From a virus: a stretch of DNA of 64,000 nucleotides. How positions within the stretch are numbered: position 1 is the first letter of the stretch; every line of letters begins with the position of its first letter. A model generated the notes under the pieces. It was not told the DNA's origin. It did not search any database and saw nothing but the letters and a program-made list of their open reading frames with translations. A program made the translations under genes and the position numbers. Positions 35,863 through 45,448 of this stretch are shown here, in pieces. The stretch is from positions 96,001 to 160,000 of the IMG/VR virus record IMGVR_UViG_3300032753_000003; one strand, written 5' to 3'.

Positions 35863-37126
35863 TTATCATATAATCGATAGACGAGAAAATCCCAAAGGCA
35901 AGAACCTTCCAAACAGGCAAAAATTCCTCAGGAAGGTTCGCGATCATCTCAAAACGCAAGTAAGAGATGCTATGGGCAAAAAGAAGATAACAGACACGGG
36001 CGGAACTGACATATCAGTACCGTCTGATGGTATCAACGAGCCTAGCTTTGATTACGACCGCAGCACTGGCGAATGGGACAGAATACTACCCGGCAACAGA
36101 GACTTTGTTGCCGGCGATCGAGTAAAAAAGCCGGATCAAAGTGGCGGCGGCGGCGGCGGAAGCAAAGCAGGCAAAGGTGGAGAAGGTGAGGATGATTTTA
36201 AATTCACTCTCACCCGCGACGAATACCTAGATATGGTGTTTGAAGATCTAGAACTACCCGATTTGGTCAAGACCAGCGAAAAGGCTGCAGTGGCTTGGCA
36301 TCGCATGCGTTCTGGATTCAAAACAGATGGCAGTCCCAGCCAACTTGATCTAGTACGCAGCCTGAAGAACAGTTTGGGTAGGAGACTGGCTCTTCGCAAA
36401 CCGATAGAAAATAAAATAGAAAATCTAGAGAAGATGTTAGAGGATGCCGATGAAGATCTATCTAACAAATTACAAGAAGAGATAGAAGGCCTCAAACGTA
36501 AAAAATCTGCGGTTCCTTGGGTAGATCCAATAGATTTACGCTATCGTAGATGGGATCAAAGACCAATACCAAACAGCCAAGCAGTGATGTTCTGCCTTAT
36601 GGACGTTAGCGGCAGTATGGGCGATAGAGAAAAAGAAATAGCCAAGAGATTTTATCTGTTGCTGTATTTGTTCCTTGAACGCCAATATGAAAAAGTACAA
36701 ATTGTGTTTGTAAGACATACAGATGTTGCTAAGGAAGTAGATGAGCAAGAATTCTTCTATGGAACAGAAAGCGGCGGAACAATTGTCAGTAGCGGATTAC
36801 AATTAGTGCATGACATTATAAATGAGAGATATCCAACTGACGCATGGAACATATATGTTGTGCAGGCATCAGACGGAGATAATTTCCCCAGTGACAACGA
36901 CGATTGTACTGAGTTAATGGGCAAGATTCTGCCTCTTGTGCAATATTATGTCTATGCAGAAGTAAAATCATATAATCCAATGTTTCAGAATTCTACCAAC
37001 CTTTGGGATATGATGGAAAGATTGGTGCGCAACTACGAGCAATTGGCGGTGGTATCAATACCATCTGTTGATAGAGTAGTGTCTATATTCAGGCAAGTGT
37101 TTGCCAAGGAGAGAACTAATGGTTGA
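35855..37126 (+). CDS. yeaH: YeaH/YhbH (DUF444, vWA) protein
   Basis: IDRR.N...NRQKF, AVMFCLMDVSGSM, QASDGDN. Confidence 0.95.
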   Translation: MSDYHIIDRRENPKGKNLPNRQKFLRKVRDHLKTQVRDAMGKKKITDTGGTDISVPSDGINEPSFDYDRSTGEWDRILPGNRDFVAGDRVKKPDQSGGGGGGSKAGKGGEGEDDFKFTLTRDEYLDMVFEDLELPDLVKTSEKAAVAWHRMRSGFKTDGSPSQLDLVRSLKNSLGRRLALRKPIENKIENLEKMLEDADEDLSNKLQEEIEGLKRKKSAVPWVDPIDLRYRRWDQRPIPNSQAVMFCLMDVSGSMGDREKEIAKRFYLLLYLFLERQYEKVQIVFVRHTDVAKEVDEQEFFYGTESGGTIVSSGLQLVHDIINERYPTDAWNIYVVQASDGDNFPSDNDDCTELMGKILPLVQYYVYAEVKSYNPMFQNSTNLWDMMERLVRNYEQLAVVSIPSVDRVVSIFRQVFAKERTNG

Positions 37127-38594
37127 ACCTTTGTTCACTAGTAACGAATGGGACTTTGATTTAATACGTCGTGCTATGGACGAATGCGGCATAATAGCTA
37201 GAGAAGAGCTGCGGCTCAACACCTATGAAAATCAAATTGAAATAGTAACTAGCGAACAAATGCTCGATGCATATGCAAGTTCAGGTTTACCTGTTATGTA
37301 TAAGCATTGGAGCTTTGGTAAGAAATTTAGCCATGAACGAGATCTATATCAAAAAGGCAAGCGAGGGTTGGCTTACGAACTGGTGTTGAATACTCAACCC
37401 ACAATCAATTACCTCATGGAAGAAAATACAGCTTGCATGCAAGTATTGGTTATAGCGCATGCTGCATACGGCCACAATCATGTATTCAAAAATAACTACA
37501 TGTTCAAACAATGGACTGATGCAGAAAGCATCGTTGACTATCTAATATTTGCAAAAAACTACATACAAAAATGCGAAGAACGTTATGGTGAAGATGTTGT
37601 GGAAGCCACACTCAATGCTGCGCATTCTCTAATGATGAACGGTATAGATCGTTACAAGAGGCCTAGAAAGCTCAGTATGGTTGAGGAACAGCTAAAACAA
37701 AAAGAACGCACAGAATATCTAGAACGCACAGTCAACGATCTGTGGAGGACTATTCCAAAAACTGAGCAAGATAAGGAAGAATATCCAAAGGGTAGATTTC
37801 CTGCAAACCCAGAAGAAAATATATTGTATTTCTTAGAGAAGAATAGCCCTGTACTAGAGACTTGGCAGCGAGAAATATTGCGTATAGTAAGAAAGTTAGC
37901 TCAATATTTCTATCCACAGTATCAGACCAAAGTACTAAACGAAGGTTGGGCTAGTTTTACGCACTATTACATAATGAATCGTTTGCATGACAAAGGGTTA
38001 CTAACAGACGGTGCTATGCTGGAGTTTTTACAGTCACATACCAGTGTGCTATTTCAACCCACATATGATAAACCCTACTACAACGGGCTAAACCCTTACT
38101 ATCTAGGATTTGAGATATTTGCAGACATACGCAGAATGTGTGAGAATCCAGACGATGAGGATAGAGAACTATTCCCACTTATTGTGGGTACAGATTGGGT
38201 AGATACTTGCCTAGATGCTGTTGCTAACTATCGCGACGAAAGTTTCATACGTCAATTCTTAGGACCAAAAGTAGTTCGCAAGATGAAATTGTTTAGATTG
38301 GTTGACGACAAACGAGAAGAAACCTATCTTATCAGTGCTATTCAAAATCGAGAAGGTTTCCGTGAAATAAGGAACAGTCTTGCCAACAGCTATGAACTTG
38401 ATGAATGGTGTCCAAAGATTGAAGTTACCGATGCTGACATAAAAGGCGATAGAACTTTGACTCTAACCTATCATAGAGAACACGGAAGGTCTATGGCAGA
38501 TAGCTGGAAGCCTGTAATGAAGCATGTTAGACACCTCTGGGGTCATAACGTCAAGCTGGTTACCAAAAGAGGTAATGTTATAGGAGAGATTTGA
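37119..38594 (+). CDS. spoVR: SpoVR/YcgB family protein
   Basis: HWSFGK, LAYELV, AHAAYGHNHVFKNN, TKVLNEGWAS. Confidence 0.95.
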   Translation: MVEPLFTSNEWDFDLIRRAMDECGIIAREELRLNTYENQIEIVTSEQMLDAYASSGLPVMYKHWSFGKKFSHERDLYQKGKRGLAYELVLNTQPTINYLMEENTACMQVLVIAHAAYGHNHVFKNNYMFKQWTDAESIVDYLIFAKNYIQKCEERYGEDVVEATLNAAHSLMMNGIDRYKRPRKLSMVEEQLKQKERTEYLERTVNDLWRTIPKTEQDKEEYPKGRFPANPEENILYFLEKNSPVLETWQREILRIVRKLAQYFYPQYQTKVLNEGWASFTHYYIMNRLHDKGLLTDGAMLEFLQSHTSVLFQPTYDKPYYNGLNPYYLGFEIFADIRRMCENPDDEDRELFPLIVGTDWVDTCLDAVANYRDESFIRQFLGPKVVRKMKLFRLVDDKREETYLISAIQNREGFREIRNSLANSYELDEWCPKIEVTDADIKGDRTLTLTYHREHGRSMADSWKPVMKHVRHLWGHNVKLVTKRGNVIGEI

Positions 38595-38639
38595 TATTTG
38601 CTAAGTTGATTAAGTCTAGTAGTTGCCATAAATATTGGC

Positions 38640-41600
38640 ATGACTTATTCAAGTGGAAATATCATAGCATCTAGCGACTTCAATAGTTTCAGAGGTCCTT
38701 ATAATATAAATCAAGCTTATACAACTCCTTCAAGCGCAATTGATGTTGCAACATCTTTGATAGGAATTGGTATTGGCGACAGAGGATATGGTCAACCAAC
38801 TCCTTTGATATCATCTGCTGTATCATGGAATGAAATTACTCACACAGAATGGAATGCTCTGCAAAGTGCAATGAGCAATATCAATATACACACAGGTAGT
38901 AATTTAAATTTACAGCCTGTGGTGTTTTCTGGCAACGTCATAATACCCGAGAATGGAATAGATGTTTCTGCTACAAGCAACATATCAATTAACTTAGAAT
39001 CTCTAGATCATAACAGGTTGTTATTTGATAATAGCCAGATGATAACCAATGCTGCTATAAGCAGCACTATGACACAATCATGGTCCGGTAATATAGTACA
39101 CGAATTTACAGTTGATTTTGGTACAGAAGATTCTGCTAGATTCTTTTTCAATAGCGGTGGTGCAATTATATTAAGTGCTAATTTATATGGTAGCAGCAAT
39201 AATGTTTCAGATGCTTATATAGGAGGATTGTTATCATCTAGCGGTAATGTTTATGTAAATGCATACGATGTGTCAACTGACGGCGACGGATTTGTAATTG
39301 GAGGAGGATATTATACTCTAACCAAATTATATAGCACTGTGTTTGCAAATTATGTATATTCTCCAGATCAAAATCTACCTCCTGATCAAATTGTATCATC
39401 TACTGTATATCAAACGCTTAATTCTATACCATACTGGAGCGATTTTATGAATCAGTATGCAGTTTGGATAGATCAAGGCGACACGCCCATTCAACCTGGA
39501 ATTTGGCATACATCACATAGAACCTTCACACCAGATAATACAGGTTATTATACGTTTACATATCAAGGCGGCCAGTCTATGAAGGTTTGGTGTGATAATT
39601 CACTAGTTGACATAGTTAACTCTACTAATGCGGCACCATCTTCATCTACACTATATCTATCTGCTCAAGAACATGTTATTAGATTTGATTGCTGCACTGA
39701 TCCTTCTAAACCAATAACGTCATGGTCAGATAATCCAGTAGGATGGGCATGTACGGTAACCGATAGTAATAGCAACATTGTATGGGACACTAGAACCTAT
39801 TCATTAGAAGAAACTATAACATATGATCCTAGCACATTTGTTGGCGAAGAACCAGTATCAACACAATCATTTAGCTACAGCTCAGCAAACACATTGCAAA
39901 CTTTTGTTGTACCGCCAAATGTAACCAAGATAACTGCAAAGTTATGGGGACCGGGCGGCGCTGGTGGTCCAAATTTTAATGGTATAACCAAAGTATACGA
40001 CGGCGGTGCAGGTGTTTTTGTACAGGCTACTATACCAGTAACACCTGGAGAAACTCTAATTATTTCTATAGGTGGGGGAGGATTAGCAGGCCAGATTGGT
40101 ACAAGTCCTCTAGGAGAGGATTGCATAGGCGGTGGTGGTGGAGGTTTCACTGCCATATACAGAGGTACAGAACCGTTGGTCATAGCCGGCGGCGGCGGCG
40201 GATCGCCTGCTAACAATCATAGAACTGATTTAGATGCAGGGTGGGGCGGAAATGCAGGTATTATAGAAGGATTTCACGGTGTTTCTTGTACGGGTAATGT
40301 AGTTGCAACTGGAGGTTCACAAACACAAGGAGGATTGGGCCAAAACGGAATATTTGGATCTTGGCTCAAGGGTGCATCGGGCGGATATACAAATCCTTAT
40401 GACAACGGAGGAATCAATAGCGGCGGACCAGGGGGCGGAACTTGGGGAGCAGCCGGCGGTGGTGCAGGTTATTGGGGAGGTGGTGCAGGCGATGCTCAAG
40501 ATCCAAACGTGTCAACCAGTAGATCTAGTTGCGGCGGCGGAGGTGGCAGCTCATATATAAGTCAAAGTTCTACAAATAGCATTGGATGCATTAGCCGAGA
40601 TCGTATCACAGCGCCAATGAATTTAGATCCAGATTGCAATGAAAATGTCGGATGCGGCGGTCAATGCGGTAAGAAAAAAGGGGATAATGGCTACGATGGC
40701 GGCGGAGGTGCCGTTGTGATTTATTGTATAAATGAGACTGCACCGGATACTCCTTATAGCTGGACCATACAGGCTAAAACAGATAATTATGTTGGGTTAA
40801 ACGAGGCCAACGGTAGCTTGTTACATTTCAAATCTATTATCTCTACAGGTTCAAGTAGTGTTATGGTAGATGGTACTACTGCTAGCAATGTTAGTCGTAG
40901 AAAAGCCTCAGGTGTATTAACCATAGCAGAACCAATATTCTCAACAATTAATGCATTATCAAATATACCAATACCTGTACCAGTTCAGTCACCGTTATTG
41001 GGTCCAGCAACAACACCTGTTCCAACACCAAATCCGCTACCGGCACCTGTTCCTGTACCAACACCTACTGCGATACCTATTCCAACAGTGCTTTCGATCA
41101 CTCCAACTAGTGGGCCAACTACGGGCGGTGCGCAAACTACTATCAGTGGCAATAACTTCATTGGTGCTACAACTGTAAATTTTGGGTCTACCGCTGCAAC
41201 AAGTTTCTCTGTTACTAACTCTACCACTATCACATCTGTAACACCTGCCGGCACTGTTGGTACTGTTAATGTTTCAGTGACAACATCTAGCGGTACTGGA
41301 ACCGGAATAAACTTGTTCACATATGTAGCACCGCCGCTACCTTCGCCGGCGTGTGTGCCTTCAAATATATATACTGCTGTATATTCTTATCCTCAACCAG
41401 GATGGACCGGAACTCCTGTACTGACATTTGATAACTTATTACCAATAAACATAACTTTAAATAATAGACAAGAGATGCTCAATTATTTTGGAATACCAAA
41501 CGATTCTAGTACGATCACAAACAGTTGGTGTACACGATGGTTAGGTTATATAGAAGTACCGGCAAGCGGCACATGGACTTTCACTTTAAATCATTCTCAT

Positions 41601-41876
41601 GGGCTTTGGTTATGGTTAAATGGAAATATTATCATAAACAATGACGATGTTGGTAACGATAGCTACGATGTTGCATTAACAGCAGGTAAGAAATATAGTT
41701 GGCAATTGGATATGGAACACGAGGAAAACGAAGGGTTCGAGTATCCTTTTTATGTAACTGCTTATTGGAAAGGTCCTACTGTTCCAAAACTAACAGTAAT
41801 ACCATCTAGTGCGTTCTGCTTTGATCCAAATAATCCACCTCCTGCAAAATTACCGGTTGACAAAGTTAACGATTGA
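38640..41876 (+). CDS. Modular virion/fibre protein (structural N-terminus, PA14-like, Gly-rich, Pro linker, IPT/TIG, PA14)
   Basis: ARFFFNSGG; GGGGG-rich block; PVP repeats; ITPTSGPTTGG..TISGNNF; CTRWLGYIEVP..GTWTF. Confidence 0.7.
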   Translation: MTYSSGNIIASSDFNSFRGPYNINQAYTTPSSAIDVATSLIGIGIGDRGYGQPTPLISSAVSWNEITHTEWNALQSAMSNINIHTGSNLNLQPVVFSGNVIIPENGIDVSATSNISINLESLDHNRLLFDNSQMITNAAISSTMTQSWSGNIVHEFTVDFGTEDSARFFFNSGGAIILSANLYGSSNNVSDAYIGGLLSSSGNVYVNAYDVSTDGDGFVIGGGYYTLTKLYSTVFANYVYSPDQNLPPDQIVSSTVYQTLNSIPYWSDFMNQYAVWIDQGDTPIQPGIWHTSHRTFTPDNTGYYTFTYQGGQSMKVWCDNSLVDIVNSTNAAPSSSTLYLSAQEHVIRFDCCTDPSKPITSWSDNPVGWACTVTDSNSNIVWDTRTYSLEETITYDPSTFVGEEPVSTQSFSYSSANTLQTFVVPPNVTKITAKLWGPGGAGGPNFNGITKVYDGGAGVFVQATIPVTPGETLIISIGGGGLAGQIGTSPLGEDCIGGGGGGFTAIYRGTEPLVIAGGGGGSPANNHRTDLDAGWGGNAGIIEGFHGVSCTGNVVATGGSQTQGGLGQNGIFGSWLKGASGGYTNPYDNGGINSGGPGGGTWGAAGGGAGYWGGGAGDAQDPNVSTSRSSCGGGGGSSYISQSSTNSIGCISRDRITAPMNLDPDCNENVGCGGQCGKKKGDNGYDGGGGAVVIYCINETAPDTPYSWTIQAKTDNYVGLNEANGSLLHFKSIISTGSSSVMVDGTTASNVSRRKASGVLTIAEPIFSTINALSNIPIPVPVQSPLLGPATTPVPTPNPLPAPVPVPTPTAIPIPTVLSITPTSGPTTGGAQTTISGNNFIGATTVNFGSTAATSFSVTNSTTITSVTPAGTVGTVNVSVTTSSGTGTGINLFTYVAPPLPSPACVPSNIYTAVYSYPQPGWTGTPVLTFDNLLPINITLNNRQEMLNYFGIPNDSSTITNSWCTRWLGYIEVPASGTWTFTLNHSHGLWLWLNGNIIINNDDVGNDSYDVALTAGKKYSWQLDMEHEENEGFEYPFYVTAYWKGPTVPKLTVIPSSAFCFDPNNPPPAKLPVDKVND

Positions 41877-41887
41877 TTGTATAAATA
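41857..41887 (+). promoter_or_regulatory. Composite sigma70/T4-late promoter for leader 2
   Basis: TTGACA 41857-41862, 17-nt spacer, TATAAATA 41880-41887. Confidence 0.8.
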
Positions 41888-41910
41888 CATTTAACATAGG
41901 AACTGTAAAA

Positions 41911-41979
41911 ATGATGACTCGACCAATGACACAACCTACTACATGCCCACGCTGTGGGAACGGGGGTTCTGTGACTTGA
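41911..41979 (+). CDS. Putative attenuator leader peptide 2 (22 aa)
   Basis: TAGGA RBS; MMTRPMTQPTTCPRCGNGGSVT. Confidence 0.75.
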   Translation: MMTRPMTQPTTCPRCGNGGSVT

Positions 41980-42007
41980 GCTAGTTATCTAATAGCTAAA
42001 GTTTAAC

Positions 42008-42043
42008 AAACCCTCGAAACGAAAGTTTCGAGGGTTTTCTTTT
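42008..42043 (+). terminator. Intrinsic terminator (attenuator 2)
   Basis: AAACCCTCGAAAC-GAAA-GTTTCGAGGGTTT followed by a T-rich tail. Confidence 0.88.
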
Positions 42044-42068
42044 ATGAAAGGAATGTAACGAAACAAAA

Positions 42069-42141
42069 CAGGGTAAAGCTCGTGCTAGAAGAGCACCGCT
42101 CTCGGAAAGCGGAGGTTGGTGGGCAGAACACCATACCCTGA
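42069..42141 (+). tRNA. tRNA-Pro(CGG), T-loop GGCAGAA, A37, no encoded CCA
   Basis: C1:G72, A73; loop CTCGGAA. Confidence 0.72.
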
Positions 42142-42211
42142 CATCAAGTGTGTTATTTGTATAAATAACTGAGACGTTATACAAATAACACACTTTATAT
42201 AATGAGGCCAG

Positions 42212-42799
42212 ATGTTTTATACAGTATACAAAATAACAAATATAGTAAATGAGAAATATTATATAGGTAAGCATCAAACTAAAGAGTTAGATGACAATTA
42301 TATGGGATCAGGTAAAGCATTAAAGGTTGCTATAAACAAATACGGTATTGAAAGTTTCAAAAAGGAAGTACTTTACATATTTGATAATGAATCAGACATG
42401 AACGCTAAGGAAAAAGAATTAGTTGTTATAAATGACCAAACATACAATTTATGCGACGGCGGAAAAGGTGGGTTCTCTTATATCAATAGAAATAAATTGA
42501 ATGTAGCACATATAACAACTGAAAATGCAAAAGAATTAAGTAGGAAAGCAAACGAAGCTAAGTTACATAAGGCTAAAACTGACCCAGCATGGAAGGAAGA
42601 ATATAATAAGAAATTAAGTGACTCACGACGTGGAAATAAAAATCACAGGTATGGTAAACCTGCGTCGAACAAAGGTAAAAAATTAAGTAATGAGGTGCGA
42701 GAGCGAATGCGATTGGCATCTATTAAGCGCGAAGCTGAACGAAGAGAGTCAGGGTATTATTTAGAAAAATATCCAAAAAAAGATAGGAATGTACACTAA
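42212..42799 (+). CDS. Seg-like GIY-YIG homing endonuclease with NUMOD3-like motifs
   Basis: TVYKITN..KYYIGKH...YMGSG; TATAAATA at 42160. Confidence 0.9.
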   Translation: MFYTVYKITNIVNEKYYIGKHQTKELDDNYMGSGKALKVAINKYGIESFKKEVLYIFDNESDMNAKEKELVVINDQTYNLCDGGKGGFSYINRNKLNVAHITTENAKELSRKANEAKLHKAKTDPAWKEEYNKKLSDSRRGNKNHRYGKPASNKGKKLSNEVRERMRLASIKREAERRESGYYLEKYPKKDRNVH

Positions 42800-42827
42800 G
42801 AAGTATTATATATAGATTGAAAATTTA

Positions 42828-42901
42828 GCTCTTATAGTTAAATGGTATAACAGTTGCCTTGTAAGCATCAATTCCTAGTTCGATTCTAGGTGGGAGCACC
42901 A
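42828..42901 (+). tRNA. tRNA-Thr(UGU)
   Basis: Loop CTTGTAA, CCA. Confidence 0.9.
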
Positions 42902-42906
42902 AATTT

Positions 42907-42985
42907 GCCGTCGTAGCTCAACTGGAATTAGAGCGCTGGTCTACGAAACCGGAGGTTGGGGGTTCGAGTCCCTCCGACGGCACCA
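42907..42985 (+). tRNA. tRNA-Arg(ACG)
   Basis: Loop CTACGAA, CCA. Confidence 0.93.
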
Positions 42986-42990
42986 TTAAT

Positions 42991-43064
42991 GTTCCGGTGG
43001 CAGAGTAGTAATGTGCCAAGCTGCAACCTTGGTTATGAGTGTGCGATTCACTCCCGGAACTCCA
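42991..43064 (+). tRNA. tRNA-Cys(GCA), T-loop TGCGATT
   Basis: Loop CTGCAAC, U73, CCA. Confidence 0.85.
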
Positions 43065-44063
43065 TCAACCATCTTCCTTCCTTAGAAAGAAATATTTGCG
43101 AAGATCACTGGCTAGTGTACCCTGTGGATCACTCCATTCCCATGTTCGATTGCTTGCCAATCGTATATCTCGATTGGGATCAAATCCGTATTCTGCTAAT
43201 ATCTTATGCCTGCCTCTATAATTCCTATCAGACATTTGACCATGCCACAAATGATAGATAGCACCGTCTAGATCATCCAGTTTAGATAATAGGCCAGCAT
43301 CAGTTGCTCGTTGTGCCCAATCTTCTATAGTTTGTTTGTGTGCTGCACTAACTGCTCTTAATTCAAAGAACTTGTTTAAATTTCCCAGCAGCGAGAACAC
43401 TTGTGCAGAATCACCTCCGCCTATGATATTAACGTCATGTAACCCACACAGTTCTAATTGTGACCTGAGAGCTACCCATGCCATACCGTATGCATTGTAT
43501 TGATACAAACCATTGTGGTAATTGGTGAAATTACCAGTAGATCTAGCCTGAACTATTTTTATTTCATTGTCATAAAACTCGTCGTTGCGTATTGCCTTAG
43601 CTATCGATGCTGAAGAAAACATCGGTTTTACTGTTCTACATTTTATTGCATCAACATCGCTGGTTATTAATTCGTTTGGTAGATAATAGTTTATTCTAAA
43701 TGGCTGCAACAAGCCTCCGCCATTAGCATCTAGCTTGGCCATAGCCTTATTAGCCCAATTGACATCTTCCCAGATTATGTCGCAGTCTGCCCATGCTACA
43801 TATCTAACATGTTTTGGTAACTTAGATATGCCTATGTTGATTAGTCGTTCCTTTTGCCATATGGCATCTTCACCTACCAGTTGGATCACAATATCAGCAT
43901 CTGTTGAGCTTAATTGGAATTCGCCTGATTTTGATAATTCAACTACCATGAGAGGAACACCAAGGTTCCTTCTAAACGCACAGAAGTTCTCAAATCTTTT
44001 CTTGTAACCTGCAGGATTATAATATGAGGTTATGACCCACAGTGGATAATTTAAGTCGCGCAT
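43065..44063 (-). CDS. Glycosyltransferase-like (GT-A) protein
   Basis: WQKERLIN, WADCD, IGGGD, IYHLWHG. Confidence 0.6.
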   Translation of the reverse strand: MRDLNYPLWVITSYYNPAGYKKRFENFCAFRRNLGVPLMVVELSKSGEFQLSSTDADIVIQLVGEDAIWQKERLINIGISKLPKHVRYVAWADCDIIWEDVNWANKAMAKLDANGGGLLQPFRINYYLPNELITSDVDAIKCRTVKPMFSSASIAKAIRNDEFYDNEIKIVQARSTGNFTNYHNGLYQYNAYGMAWVALRSQLELCGLHDVNIIGGGDSAQVFSLLGNLNKFFELRAVSAAHKQTIEDWAQRATDAGLLSKLDDLDGAIYHLWHGQMSDRNYRGRHKILAEYGFDPNRDIRLASNRTWEWSDPQGTLASDLRKYFFLRKEDG

Positions 44064-44068
44064 GTGTA

Positions 44069-45448
44069 TTATATCTTTGATATGAATGGACGCAGTTTGC
44101 CTGCTGCTGTTCTAGGTAATTCATTGTGATAGGTGACAGATATATCAAACTCATTTCGAGCCAATAATTCTGCACATCTTTTTATCTTGGCATCTTCTTG
44201 GATGGTCAATGGTCTAGATACTGCTACTTTTAATTCCAATTGATCATAAGATTCTTGCACGATTTGATATTCCTTAACGGCTGTGATCGAAGACATAGAA
44301 TAATGATTGATATCAACTCGACGTTTATGCCCAGATCTAGATATTAAGTAATCACCTGTTCTACCTATTATAGATTTTAATGTAGGTAATCCTCTTCTGC
44401 AAGAACAGGGTTCGCCAAACATAGATTCATCGCCAAGTTCATATCGCAACAGCGGCATTGCAAAATTATGCAATGGTGTTACCACAACTTTGCCAGTTTG
44501 TCCAATAGCACAAGGGTTGTTGTGTTCATCTAGTATTTCTAACAGCACAGCTTCTGATTGTACATGATAGTGATAGTGTTGCGGACATTGTAATGCAAGA
44601 TATCCAGTTTCTGCAGATGAATAATTATCTATTATTTTGCAATTCAATATTTCCATACAACGCATTCTCAATGATTCATTTACCAATTCGCTAGCTGTCC
44701 AAACTGATCTAACTGAAGGTAGTTTGATTTTATTTTCCGCGCAATAAGACAGCAATAATTGTAGATGGCTGGGAAATGTGAATATGTAACTGGCATTCAA
44801 TCGCTGTATGAATTCAATTTGATATTCTATTGGTTGTTTTGGATTCATCAATCCCATCTTACCTGTATGCCACACTAGGTTAGCAGGTCTTCCCCAATCT
44901 GGCAATACTACTCCTTGTCGAGAATTTATAGCATTTACTACGTCCCTAGGGATACCATCTGGTACACCTCTCAATCTAACAATTGTACCATCAAATGTGG
45001 GCCTATGCCAAAGTTCTTCTCTGATGTTTAAACTTTCCCAAACGAGGCTATCTAATCCTGATTTTTTAATGCGAACAGGAATACCGCTGGATCCTCCAGA
45101 CGCTATGATATTGGTGTCACCAAATGCTGAAGACAAATTAACAGCATGCAAGCTATCGCCTAAGGTTTGCACATCTTTTCTTGTTAGCGTTGGTAAGCGT
45201 AACCATGCAGCAGGATCTATTGGCAAATTGGGCACAATGCCAACTGATTTCAATCTATCTGCATAAAATGGTATTTTGGCAGCGTGTTCTACTAAAACTG
45301 ATAACTGTTTCCATTGAGCATCTTTGATCTCATCAGATGACCAATATTGAGTACTGTCGTATTGCCGTTGCAAACTCATCAATTCGGCAGCACGGCCGCC
45401 TTGAAATGCTGGCCATTTGATAGCATCAAGTGCCGATTTAAGCGTCAT
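44069..45448 (-). CDS. Phenylacetate-CoA ligase-like (PaaK/CapK) adenylate-forming enzyme
   Basis: SGGSSG, YSSAETG, AMPLLRYELGD, GRTGD, RTAAGKLR. Confidence 0.85.
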   Translation of the reverse strand: MTLKSALDAIKWPAFQGGRAAELMSLQRQYDSTQYWSSDEIKDAQWKQLSVLVEHAAKIPFYADRLKSVGIVPNLPIDPAAWLRLPTLTRKDVQTLGDSLHAVNLSSAFGDTNIIASGGSSGIPVRIKKSGLDSLVWESLNIREELWHRPTFDGTIVRLRGVPDGIPRDVVNAINSRQGVVLPDWGRPANLVWHTGKMGLMNPKQPIEYQIEFIQRLNASYIFTFPSHLQLLLSYCAENKIKLPSVRSVWTASELVNESLRMRCMEILNCKIIDNYSSAETGYLALQCPQHYHYHVQSEAVLLEILDEHNNPCAIGQTGKVVVTPLHNFAMPLLRYELGDESMFGEPCSCRRGLPTLKSIIGRTGDYLISRSGHKRRVDINHYSMSSITAVKEYQIVQESYDQLELKVAVSRPLTIQEDAKIKRCAELLARNEFDISVTYHNELPRTAAGKLRPFISKI

